DNA of 55,264 nucleotides, filler included, from Sphacelaria rigidula (Eukaryota), in the NCBI GenBank assembly GCA_964200075.2. It is 5 parts of 5 records of this genome, joined end to end, with 100 filler letters (N's around TTAATTAATTAA, not from the genome) between each part and the next. Parts side by side here need not be neighbours in the genome. Positions count along the whole stretch, not along the records: positions 33,222 to 44,193 come from CAXNAA020005603.1; positions 44,294 to 55,264 come from CAXNAA020005604.1; 3 more parts are not named here. One strand, written 5' to 3'. Below, piece after piece: positions 40,257-52,100 of the stretch. The notes beneath the pieces are model-generated. The model was not told the DNA's origin. It did not search any database and was given only the letters and a program-made list of their open reading frames with translations. The stretch's first letter is position 1, and each line of letters begins with the position of its first letter. A program made the translations under genes and the position numbers.

Positions 40257-40564
40257 CACCCCCCCCCCTCCCCCTCACCCCCTGTTGCGCGGTGGGTTGC
40301 GTTGTGTTCCGCTGCTGTGTGTTTGTTTGATACGTGTTTGTTTGATACACAGGCAAAGTGCAAAGCCCTTCGGGACGAGGCCGATGGTCTGAGGTGGGCG
40401 CGCGAAGAGGAGTGCCGGGCCAACAGAGAGAGATCCGAGGCGGCTCAGGCGGCGTTGACTCGGCAGCTGAGGGAGAGGGAGGACCAGCTGGAGGCTCAGC
40501 GGGCCGACGCTTCGGAGGCGTTCGACCGGCTCATGCAGCAGAGGGAGGACGAGACGCATGCCAG
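36030..40564 (+). CDS. CCDC57: CCDC57-like coiled-coil protein, partial: exons 36030-36086, 36767-36884, 39747-39845, 40353-40564
   Basis: All four exons have AG|..|GT boundaries and compatible phases. The joined peptide is RSLEGLLEEREASLADCFARYDKLKEDFKFNLGLIEDRDMELGRYEATIQGLKECLRDKEVEASELKIRLDEAL...LTRQLREREDQLEAQRADASEAFDRLMQQREDE. It matches the CCDC57 N-terminal signature as I recall it (L-EDF-YNL--LEERD-EL-RY ... E-SELKI ... L--QR-EL---F---M--RE-E). First and later exons were not found in this contig. Confidence 0.75.
36208..36308 (+). repeat. (GTT)n microsatellite in an intron
   Basis: ~100 bp of GTT repeats grading into GCT. Confidence 0.95.
36980..37062 (+). repeat. Isolated LINE 3'-end fragment (also ~11160-11212 minus and ~33552-33591 minus)
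   Basis: TGCTCCGTCTCGAAAGGGATG..TGGTCAAACGACT..GCAA..GAGTACGCC-C-tail matches the 3' end of the LINE at 15702-15780. Confidence 0.8.
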
Positions 40565-40859
40565 GTTCGACTTGTTTTTCTGAGCGTGGTGGACGTGCGT
40601 GCGTGCGTGTATATGTGTGTGTGTTGTGGATGCCAGTTGAAAAGGAGGATATTGATCTGCTTTTGGTTATGTGTATTGTTTGTGTTATTTTCCAAGAAAC
40701 ATTGCGAATAAGTTTTTTTTAAGCATTTTGTTTTTCTTCCATGGCGCGTTCCGTGTTCTGTGTGTGTGTGTGTATGTGTGTGTGTTGTGTTGTTCTCGCC
40801 GCCAAAGGACTATGATGTTGTTGATGTTTTTACGTCTTTTGCCATATGTCGAATACCCC

Positions 40860-41376
40860 CCCCCCCAATTCCCTTTTGAGGGTTGGTGTCGGTTGGCAAC
40901 GACGCTGTAGAATACACCACTCGCTGCGTACGTTAGGCAACCAGGTTACCTTTTTTTCGCCTGCGACTTTTTGCGGTAACGGTCATGATGGCCGAGCTAG
41001 ATCATGTTGTACGAGGCAGAGAACCTCAAATCCGCGCAAAGAGGATGACCATGGGACGTAGTGTTTAAATGATGAGACACCCAGGAGGCACTGTGCAACC
41101 CGTGGGTGTCTCTGAAGTGGCGTCATCACAAAACAAGGCAACTCATTCGAGGCTGTCATGCATATGCAAGATGATTAGTTCGCTTCGGACCGAACACCCT
41201 TAGCAGGATGCAGTTCACCCTTCGTGCGACTGGTCAAACACATCATGGCGCTTCGCGCTTGCTGATTGCGAACCTGGTCCGGCCAAAACCCGGCGTGCTC
41301 CATCCCGGCTCTGAAGAAATGCGAGGTCAATAGTCTCATCACTATGGCATGCAAGATCATGAGCATACCCGCCCCC
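40860..41376 (+). mobile_element. ~500-bp dispersed element, full copy
   Basis: GAGGGTTGGTGTCGGTTGGCAACGACGCTGTAG ... GGCATGCAAGATCATGAGCATACCCGCCCC, homologous to 30441-30975. Confidence 0.8.
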
Positions 41377-41596
41377 AGTCCACAATAAGGGTTAGGTATA
41401 TTACGAGTGAAACGTACCGGGGTCATCATTCCAATCGAAGTCTTGCGGCTGGGGGCATGGTGAAGTCACGGTAAACATGGTGTCAAAAAAATGAGTGTGT
41501 GCGTTGAAACCCCCACCCCACCCCACCTCACCCTCCATCCCCTTCCCTAGGATGATTTTTGGAAATCGAGAACGCGTCATGCGGGGGTGAAATTTA

Positions 41597-44165
41597 GGGG
41601 GTATGCTCATGATCGTGCATGTCGTAGTCATAACACCACTGACCTCGCCTTCCTACAAAGCCGAAGCCGGGAGGGCGCACGCCGGGTTTTGGCCGGACCA
41701 GGTTCACCATCACTAAGCGCGAAGCGCCATGATGTGTTTGAGCAGTCGCACGAAGGGTGAGCTGCATCCTGCTAAGGGTGTTCGGTCCGCAGCGAACTAG
41801 TCATCTTGCATATGTATGACAGCATCGAATAAGTTGCTTCATTTTCTGGTATCGCCACTTCCAGGGAGCAGCCATGGCTTTCACACTGCCTCATGGGTGT
41901 GTCACCATTTGAACATTGCGTAGTACGACTATCCCCTCTGCGCGGTGTTGAGGGTCTCCCACCCCGTACAGTTATGGGCGCGCCTGACCCCCCAAAATGG
42001 GCAAAAAAAGTGTCACCGACCAAAAGCACGAACAGACCGACTTCTGGGGCTTATCCAGGCCCGTGGAGGAAAATGCGCCTTACGTCATCGGAAGAGAACG
42101 GCATGGATCCAAAATTCATATCGAAAAAAAGTGGACTGCCATCTAAAATCAGAACCCTACCGTTTTTTCCGTTGTACCTCATATATTACATACCACCGCG
42201 TCGCCTTGTGTCCGCGCTTGCGATACCCTCGCATGCAAGAAGGCTGATGGGGTTGAACCAACCCAACGCACACCGAGAACACTCGGGCAAGGGCGGTAAA
42301 TACATTCCCTGAAGGAAGTGAGGCCTTGGTAGACCCCAAATCGGCTTCTGTGGCGTCGATTTCAACGAAAACGCGTTGTGCGCACCCGAGGAGCACACGG
42401 GACCGTCAGCCCTACTCAAATTCCGATTCTCCTTGTAAGACCCAAATCAAGTAGTATCAACCATGAACATTTGTAGCCCAACGCCGGTAACTGAAACCAG
42501 TAAGCTCTGAACCATTTTTGGGAGGGGATGCGGATCGAAATTGGGCCAAAATGAGCCACATGTACTGATGAACTTCAACGGGGGCGGCCCTTAAACAGAC
42601 GAGTGGAGTACAATTAGTCACCGGGTGTGTAATGTGGGCTGGGCGGGTGTTGGTCCACAACCTCGTCATGTTTTGAGGAGCTTGATTTATCGGCTACCAT
42701 TATTCCACAGCTTTTGTCGGATGAACGACTCGCCTTGTGCAAGGATATTTGTTGTTCCGTGGGCATGGCTTTTCATTTCATACGATATTCATTAACCCTT
42801 TGACCGCGACGGTTGGTCACATGCTGAATTGGCATCATTTTTCACTTGAAAAAAGTATGCATGGTCCAGATGGACTACCCTCGTGGTCTAGGGGTTCATC
42901 GGACCCCAAAGCTATTGTTTTGCAAGAGGGGGTGAAAACAAACGGTCGTCCGTCACCCACCATTGCCAATACAACAGATGCGTGTCTACAGACGGGTGGG
43001 TCCACTGAAAGACATGATTGGGACTTCGGTGCCATGTGGCTTCAGCGAAAGTGGGCCGACGACTTTATGCTGTCTGTTGTGTCGTCTTGGCGCAGTAACC
43101 CTAACCCATTCGGGAGCGTGAGTTGGTCAATCTTGATGTTGGTGTGAAAACCGAAATCCGGATCTTTCACGGGGGCTGTGCTACTAGCATTCTCCTAGCG
43201 TCCCAGAACGCGTTCTTGTCTTAATCGGCGCCCGGGACGCCGATTTGAGGTCTGGCAACGCACCCTTCGCCTACGAAACACGTTGCACCCGCCTTGCCCG
43301 ATGGTTCTCGGTATGCTTTCGTTTGGGCCAGTGTCATAATTTGTCTTCTCCGCTGCTGCGAGGTCGCGAAGATGATTCTTGCTTCTGGGGGCTCGGTCGA
43401 AGGTTCAAATTCTACAACATTCCACATACAGTACCCGATGTATCAATCACCTGCTCTATCAAGAGTCATTCATGGCTGTCATTTATTCCGAGGCCGTTAG
43501 ACAGGGGGGAGGTTTCGCGTTTTGTGTAGACCGGCGGATGGAGGTGCGTGTTTGCGATCACAGCCCAATCTGTCTCAGAGAATGCTCATCGCCACGGCCA
43601 TCGATTGGGATGCGACTTTTTGCATCATCTGCGCCAAGACGACAGCTACAATTGTACCGGTTGGTTTGTTTTATTTTATCAGGATGCGAGTTTTATAACG
43701 AATTAAGTGAAGAAAAAAACATGTTTTTTTTGCGACTTTTTCGATTACCGTCACGTCTTAGGTAAAACCAACCTGTACAATTGTAGCTTGGACAAATACA
43801 CGCCGGTGAGTAGCCGAGCCACGCCGTGGTTCGTCCTCCCGAACAAAAAAACCTCCAAAGCATGGAATGGAAACCCTACTCAAATCAAAAGGACTTTGAG
43901 GGATTTTGCGGCGTGCATAGTCAGAGGATGAACGAGATCTCCGGTCTGTTCGTGCTTTTGGTCGGTGACACTTTCTGGGCTCATTTTGGCGGGTCAGGCG
44001 CGCCCATGACAGTATAATCTAATTCGACACCGTCATGGTTACCACAAAATAACGCAATCGAGAAAAAAACGGTGATCTGGTTGTCTCGCGCGTGAGGGGC
44101 GTATTTTACAGCGTCGTTCCCAACCGACGCCAACCCTTGAAGGGACGAATATGGGGGGGGGGGGG
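41597..44165 (-). mobile_element. Inverted copy of the ~500-bp element, split by a 2-kb insertion (pieces 41597-41972 and 44009-44165)
   Basis: 41597- GGGGGTATGCTCATGATCGTGCATG... runs to CCCACCCCGTACAGT. It resumes after the insertion as ACAGTATAATCT...CCAACCGACGCCAACCCTTGAAGGG. Confidence 0.8.
41973..44008. mobile_element. Non-autonomous DNA transposon, ~68-bp TIRs, apparent 5-bp TSD (ACAGT)
   Basis: The left end TATGGGCGCGCCTGACCCCCCAAAATGGGCAAAAAAAGTGTCACCGACCAAAAGCACGAACAGACCG is mirrored at 43941-44008. ACAGT lies at 41968-41972 and 44009-44013. No transposase ORF is recognisable. Confidence 0.85.
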
Positions 44166-44193
44166 CCCTGCCTATTTTTTGCCGCCCCATGTC

Positions 44194-44293
44194 NNNNNNN
44201 NNNNNNNNNNNNNNNNNNNNNNNNNNNNNNNNNNNNNTTAATTAATTAANNNNNNNNNNNNNNNNNNNNNNNNNNNNNNNNNNNNNNNNNNNN
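44194..44293. other. Artificial contig spacer
   Basis: N-TTAATTAATTAA-N, 100 nt. Confidence 0.97.
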
Positions 44294-45624
44294 TGATTAT
44301 TGCAAAAATGAAGAGAAAAAAAAACGTATACTCCCGCCAACTTGACGACAGATCTTGGACGTGGCTGCAGGGAGCGACATGAGCTTCGTTGTTGCAGATG
44401 TGGACGGTGAAAAACGTGTTTCTATCGCTCCTTACTGCCGTGAAGCATACACCTGGCAACACACGGGAAAACCCTAAAAACGTTGGATAAGCACGCATTG
44501 TCCAGGGCGGTCATGACAAGCTGACGTGTTCTGGTCCTGTGAATCGCTGTGCATTGTGGATGGTTAGAAATTTTCATGACGGGATTCCCAGGAACTACTT
44601 TCAGAATAGTCGAGTTGTCCAAACACCTCTTCCTCGTACTGGACGAACGCTATGGGATATACGGGGTCGATCGGTGTCGCAGTGTATTTATTTTTCTCTC
44701 TAGCGTCAAGATGCGTTATTACCGGGCTCGAGAACATGCCGCCTGTTGCTCCCTTTGTACTGTGCATCCCTGCCACTACGAGCAATCGCACAACATAATC
44801 CTGTACTGCAATTGCAATCTACTGTGCTGAACCCAGACGTAGTGTACGGGGTTGAGCTGCGAACTAGATAATGAGCGAATCGACCCCTGTGCTCAGCAGC
44901 TGAAATATCGGAACTACAAACGATCATGCCGACTAGTAAGTTGAGCAGCTGTCATCGGCATCTGGGACACCCTGCCTTTTTTTTCAACGTGGCCTTTTGA
45001 AACGGGGAAGTCCGCAGAGTGAGACAAGCTGTACTCGTTGTCCGGCCGAGGATCCACGAGTTGGGTACCGGATGGACGAGCGAATCGCTCCGTTGCCACT
45101 TTCCATCTCCACTCTAGAACAGGTTTGCTTGTAGACCTGCTCGTGATGAAGAGTGCTTACTGTTCAGACCCAAGTATCATGCCTGATTAGTTTCTTGACG
45201 TGGTGTATGTGTGACTATTGTTTCCGCGTGTGCTCATTGATACCTTCGGACGAATGGTGTTGTCGATGGTGTTGGTGGGGTCTTGCAATCTGAGACTTGG
45301 GGTGACCTCTGTAGGGGAAGATTCGTGCGCACTCGAGGGTGATTTTCTCAGCACATGATTGATGCGGTTGGGATTCCCTCTGGAAGCTCGTATGCTTCGA
45401 CCACGGGTTGGAAGGAAGAAGGTGCGCCGCAAAGATCAGACATATTTCGATATCTGGCTGTTCGAACGAAGGGCAACGTACGCGTAGGATATGATAGGAT
45501 ATGATATGATACAGAATACTCGATCAATTTAAATCTGAACGCCTGCTTCGATGTGCACCCCATTGGCCCGGTGTCAGAAACGCTGAGGGTTCCACGACTA
45601 CCGAGCGAGACTCGGCAACCCCCT

Positions 45625-46149
45625 ATGGACGGAACCACTGAAGATAGCCTGGCGGCACCGGTGCTTGCTTGCCCGGACAATATCATCGCCGCCATCTTGG
45701 CGAAGGGCAAGCACCAGAAGCGATGTCCTGCCTGCACGACCCCAGCCGAGCTTCAGGCGATGAACTGTCTTGCCTGTAAGCATGCACTTGATCTAATATC
45801 GCACAACTCCGTACGGTCGCCGGCTCCGGGGACCCACATGCCGAGTTCCGGCGGAGACTCTGTCATGTTAACGCCAGCAGCGGCAGCAGCGGCGGGCGTG
45901 GAACGGCGTCAAGGTCACACCCCCCGTGCCGGCCGAGCCTGCGCCGCCGCCGTCGCTGTCACTGGGAAAGATCGCTGCAGCGACAGGTGGAGCCCTTGCT
46001 TCTCCTCTTTCTCCTCCTCCTCCTCCTCCGCGGCGGCGGCACCGAATGAGGCAGACGCGGAACATGGTCGTCATTCGAAGTTCCGATCCCCGGTGCGTGA
46101 AGTACCTCAAACGATGGCTTCCGCTCAAACATCAGCCGTCAGCGTGTAA
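45625..46149 (+). CDS. Hypothetical protein or fragment with a CxxC-x10-CxxC zinc-ribbon-like motif followed by low-complexity sequence
   Basis: ATG at 45625 is in frame within ORF 45553-46149, which contains KRCPACTTPAELQAMNCLACKHAL. Codons are GC-rich. The stop codon coincides with the start of the repeat array. Confidence 0.45.
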   Translation: MDGTTEDSLAAPVLACPDNIIAAILAKGKHQKRCPACTTPAELQAMNCLACKHALDLISHNSVRSPAPGTHMPSSGGDSVMLTPAAAAAAGVERRQGHTPRAGRACAAAVAVTGKDRCSDRWSPCFSSFSSSSSSAAAAPNEADAEHGRHSKFRSPVREVPQTMASAQTSAVSV

Positions 46150-49100
46150 AGGAGAGGAAAACTCACATGGGAGCAGAAGTGTTGCCAGCAGGCGCGAGCA
46201 GGGTAGGCGGAGAGTTGTCCTCGCGTGGGTAACTGCCTTACAGCAACCACGACGAGGACGGCGCACATGGTTCAAAGCGGATAACCATGAGCGGCGACTG
46301 CAGTTCGCCCAGCATTAGTTGTGCCCGGATACACGTGGTGGCCGGGGGCTTCACGTACGGCGGCGGCGGTGGTGGCGGTGAGGTGTACAATACACCACCC
46401 CCCCAATAGAAAGGTCAAGTCTGCACGGTTGGAGACGAAGGGTTTGGTCGCGATCCCAGTTCCGTGTGCACGAGAAACCACCGGCAGAAGCGGGGGGTTA
46501 CGGGATCTTTCTCGCCCCTTTTTGCGTCTCCGCCGTGCACTACGGGATTCCCCGAGGAAAATGCTCTGCCCCCGGCCGTGGGGTGTACTCATGATCATGC
46601 CATGTGCATGGCCTGATCATGAGTACACCCCACGACAGGGGGCAGAGCATTTTCCTCGAGGAATCCCGTAGTGCACGGCGGAGACGCAAAAAGGGGCCAG
46701 AAAGTGCCCGTAACCCCTCGCTTCTGCCGGTGGGTTCTCGTGCACACGGAACTGGGATCGCGACCAAACCCTTCGTCTCCAACCGTGCAGACTTGACCTT
46801 TCTATTGCGGTGGTGGTGTATTGTACACCTCACCGCCACCACCGCCGCCGCCGTACGTGAAGCCCCCCGCCACTTCGTGTCCCCGGGCACAACTAATGCC
46901 AGGCGAACTGCAGTCGCCGCTCATGGTTATCCGCTTTGAACGATATGCGCCGTCCTCGTTGTGGTTGCTGTAAGGCAGTAACCCACGCGAAGACAACTCT
47001 CCGCCTACCCTGCTCGCGCCTGCTGGCAACACTCCTGCTCCCACCTGAGCTTTCCTCTCCTTCTACGGGATTCCCCGAGGAACACGCTCTGCCCCCTGCC
47101 GTGGGGTGTACTGATGATCAGGCCATGCGCATGGCCTGATCATGAGTACACCCCACGGCAGGGGGCAGAGCGTATCCCTCGGGGAATCCCGTAGTGCACG
47201 GGGGAGACGCAAAAAGGGGCGAGAAAGATCCCGTAACCCCCCGCTTGTGCTGGTGGGTTCTCGTGCACACGGAACTGGGATCGCGGCCAAAATCTTCATC
47301 TTCAACCGTGCAGACTTGACCTCTCTATTGCGGGGGTGGTGTATTGTACACCTCACCGCCGCCAACGCCGCCGCCGTACGTGAGGCCCTCCGCCACTTCG
47401 TGTCGCCGGGCACAACTAATGCGAGGCGAACTGCAGTCGCTGCTCATGGTTATCCGCCTTGGATGATGTGCGCCGTCCTCGTCGTGGTTGCTGTCAGGCA
47501 GTAACCCACGCGAAGACAACTCTCCGCCTACCCTGCTCGCGCCTGCTGGCAACACTCCTGCTCCCACCTGAGTTTTCCTCTCCTTCTACGGGAATCCCCG
47601 AGGGACACGCTCTGCCCCCTGCTGTGGGGTGTACTCATGATCATACCATGAGCATGGCCTGATCATCAGTATACCCCACGGCAGGGGGCAGAGCGTGTTA
47701 TTCGGGGAATCCCGTAGTGCACGGCGGAGACGCAAAAAAGGGCGGGGGAGATCCCGTGACCCCCCGCTTTTGCTGGTGGTTTCTCGTGCACACGGAACTG
47801 GGATTGCGGCAACAACCTTCGTCTCCAACCGTGCGGACTTGACCTCTCTATTGGGGGGGTGGTGTATTGTACACCTCACCGCCACCACTGACGCCGCCGT
47901 ACGTGAGGTCCTCCGCCACTTCGTGTCCCCGTGCACAACTAATGCTGGGCGAACTGCAGTCGCTGCTCATGGTTATCCGCTTCGAACGATGTGCGCCGTC
48001 CTCGTCGGTGTTGCTGTATGGCAGTAACCCACGCGAGGACAACTCTCCGCCTACCCTGCTCGCGCCTGCTGGCAACACTTCTGCTCCCACCTGAGTTTTC
48101 CTCTCCTCCTACGGGACTCCCCGAGAGACACGCTCTGCCCCCTGCCGTGGGGTGTACTCATGATCAGGCCATGCGCATGGCCTGATCATGAGTACACCCC
48201 ATGGCAGGGGGCAGAGCGTTCCACTCGGGGAATCCCGTCGTGCACGGCGGAGACGCAAAAAAGGGTCAGAAAGATCCCATAACCCCCCGCTTGTGCTGGT
48301 GGGTTCTCGTGCACACGGAACTGGGATTGCGACCAAAAGCTCCATCTCCAACCGTGCAGACTTGTCCTCTCTATTGGGGGGGTGGTATCTTGTACACCTC
48401 ACCGCCGCCACCGCCGCCGCCGCCGTACGTGAAGCCCCCCGCAACTTCGTGTCCCCGCGCAGAACTAATGCGAGGCGAACTGCAGTCGCCGCTCATGGTT
48501 CTCCGCTTTGGACGATGTGCGTCATCCTCGTCGGTGTTGCTGTAAAGCAGTAGCCCACGCGAGGACGACTCTCCGCCTACCCTGCTCGCGCCTGCTGGCA
48601 CCACTCCTGCTCCCACCTGAGTTTTCCTCTCCATCTACGGCATTCTCCGAGTGGAACGCTCTGCCCCCTGCCGTGGGGTGTACTCATGATTATACCATGC
48701 TCATGGCCTGATCATGAGTACACCCCACGGCAGGGGGCAGAGCGTGTTCCTCGGGGAGTCCCGTAGAAGGAGAGGAAAACTCAGGTGGGAGCAGGAGTGT
48801 TGCCAGCAGGCGCGGGCAGGGTAGGCGGAGAGTCGTCCTCGCGTGGGTTACTGCCTCACAGCAACCACGACGAGGACGGCGCACATGGTTCAAAGCGGAT
48901 AACCATGAGCGGCGACTGCAGTTCGCCTAGCATTAGTTGTGCACGGGGACACGAAGTGGCGGAGGGCCTCACGTACGGCGGCGTCGGTGGTGGCGGTGAG
49001 GTGTACAATACACCACCCTCCCAATGGAGAGGTCAAGTCCGCACGGTTGGAGATGAAGATTCTGGCCGCGATCCCAGCTCCGTGTGCACGAGAACCCACC

Positions 49101-52100
49101 AGCACAAGTGGGGGGTTACGGGATCTTTCTCGCCCCTTTTTGCGTCTCCCCCGTGCACTACGGGATTCCCCGAGTGAAACGCTCTGCCCCCTGCCGTGGG
49201 GTGTACTGATGATCAGGCCATGCGCATGGCCTGATCATGAGTACACCCCACGGCAGCGGGCAGAGCGTGTCTCTCGGAGAATCCCGTAGAAGGAGAGGAA
49301 AACTCAGGTGGGAGCAGGAGTGTTGCCAGTAGGCGCGAGCAGGGTAGGCGGAGAGTTGTCCTGCGTGGGTTAGTGCCTTACAGCAACCACGATGAGGACG
49401 GCGCACATGGTTCGAAGCGGATAACCATGAGCGGCGACTGCAGTTCGCCCAGCATTAGTTGTGCCCGGGGACACGAAGTGGCGGGGGGCCTCACGTACAG
49501 CGGCGTCGGTGGTGACGGTGAGGTATAAAATACACCAACCCCCAATAGAGAGGTCAAGTCTGCGCGGTTGAAGGTGAGGGGTTTTGCCGCAATCCCAGTT
49601 CCGTGTGCACGAGAACCCACCAGCAGAAGCGGGGGGTTACGGGATCTTTCTGGCCCCTTTTCGCGTCTCTCCCGCGCATGGCCTGATCATGAGTACACCC
49701 CACGGCAGGGGGCAGAGCGTGTCCCTCGGGGAATCCCGTAGGGCACGGGGGAGACGCAAAAAGGGGCCAGAAAGATCCCGTAACCCCCCGCTTTTGCTGG
49801 CGGGTTCTCGTGCACGCAGAACAGGGATTGCGACACAAACCTCCATCTCCAACCGTGCAGAGTTGACCGCTTTACTGGGGGGGTGGTGTATTGTACACCA
49901 CACCACAACCAGCGCCGCGGCCGCCAGACGTGAGGCCCTCCGCCACTTCGTGTCCCCGGGCACAACTCATGCTGGGCGAACTGCAGTCGCCGCTCATGGT
50001 TATCCGCTTTGAACGATGTGCACCGTCCTCGTCGTGGTTGCTGTAAGGCAGTAACTTACGTGAAGACAACTCTCCGCCTACCCTGCTCGCGCCTGCTGGC
50101 AACACTCCTGCTCCCACCTGAGTTTTCCTCTTCTTCTACGGAATTCTCCGAGAGACACGCTCTGCCCCCTGTCGTGGGGTGTACTCATGATCATACCATG
50201 CGTATGGCCTGATCATCAGTACACCCCACGGCAGGGGGCAGAGCGTTTCACTCGGGGAATCCCGTAGTGCACGGGAGAGACGCAAAAAAGGCCAGAAAGT
50301 GCCCGTAACCCCCCGCTTGTGCTGGTGGGTTCTCGTGCACACGGAACTGGGATCGCGGCCAAAACCTTCATTTCCAACCGTGCAGACTTGACCTCTCTAT
50401 TGGGGGGGGTGGTATCTTGTACACCTCACCACCGCCACCGCCGCCGCCGTACGTGAAGCCCCGCGCCACTTCTTGTCCCCGAGCAAAACTAATGCTAGGC
50501 GAACTGCAGTCGCCGCTCATGGTTCTCCGCTTCGAACGATGTGCGTCGTCCTCGTCGGTGTTGCTGTAAGGCAGTAACCCACGCGAGGACAACTCTCCGC
50601 CTACCCTGCCCGCGCCTGCTGGCACCACTCCTGCTCTCACCTGAGTTTTCCTCTCCTTCTTTGGGATTCTCCGAGTGAAACGCTCTGCCCCCTGCCGTGG
50701 GGTGTACTCATGATAATACCAGAATGTATTATCATGAGTACACCCCACGGCAGGGGGCAGAGCCTGTTCGTCGGGGAGTCGCGTAGAAGGAGAGGAAAGC
50801 TCAGGTGGGAGCAGGAGTGTTGCTAGCAGGCGCGGGCAGGGTAGGCGGAGAGTCGTCCTCGCGTGGGTTACTGCCTCACAGCAACCACGACGAGGACAGC
50901 GCACATGGTTCAAAGCGGATAACCATGAGCAGCGACTGCAGTTCCCCCAGCATTAGTTGTGCACGGGGACACGAAGTGGCGGAGGGCCTCACGTACGGCG
51001 GCGTTGGTGGTGGCGGTGAGGTGTACAATACACCACCCCCCCAATAGAGAGGTCAAGTCCGCACGGTTGGAGATGAAGATTCTGGCCGCGATCCCAGCTC
51101 CGTGTGCACGAGAACCCACCAGCACAAGTGGGGGGTTACGGGATCTTTCTCGCCCCTTTTTGCGTCTCCCCCGTGCACTACGGGATTCCCCGAGTGAAAC
51201 GCTCTGCCCCCTGCCGTGGGGTGTACTGATGATCAGGCCATGCGCATGGCCTGATCATGAGTACACCCCACGGCAGGGGGCAGAGCGTGTCTCTCGGAGA
51301 ATCCCGTAGAAGGAGAGGAAAACTCAGGTGGGAGCAGGAGTGTTGCCAGTAGGCGCGAGCAGGGTAGGCGGAGAGTTGTCCTGCGTGGGTTAGTGCCTTA
51401 CAGCAACCACGATGAGGACGGCGCACATGGTTCGAAGCGGATAACCATGAGCGGCGACTGCAGTTCGCCCAGCATTAGTTGTGCCCGGGGCCACGAAGTG
51501 GCGGGGGGCCTCACGTACAGCGGCGTCGGTGGTGACGGTGAGGTATAAAATACACCAACCCCCAATAGAGAGGTCAAGTCTGCGCGGTTGAAGGTGAGGG
51601 GTTTTGCCGCAATCCCAGTTCCGTGTGCACGAGAACCCACCAGCAGAAGCGGGGGGTTACGGGATCTTTCTGGCCCCTTTTCGCGTCTCTCCCGCGCATG
51701 GCCTGATCATGAGTACACCCCACGGCAGGGGGCAGAGCGTGTCCCTCGGGGAATCCCGTAGGGCACGGGGGAGACGCAAAAAGGGGCCAGAAAGATCCCG
51801 TAACCCCCCGCTTTTGCTGGCGGGTTCTCGTGCACGCAGAACAGGGATTGCGACACAAACCTCCATCTCCAACCGTGCAGAGTTGACCGCTTTACTGGGG
51901 GGGGGGTGTATTGTACACCACACCACAACCAGCGCCGCGGCCGCCAGACGTGAGGCCCTCCGCCACTTCGTGTCCCCGGGCACAACTCATGCTGGGCGAA
52001 CTGCAGTCGCCGCTCATGGTTATCCGCTTTGAACGATGTGCACCGTCCTCGTCGTGGTTGCTGTAAGGCAGTAACTTACGTGAAGACAACTCTCCGCCTA

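Noticed and set aside
44340-45120. Possible transposase relic upstream of the array that could act on it
   Set aside because: No intact ORF or convincing DDE, HUH or tyrosine-recombinase motif could be read. A translated HMM search would be needed.
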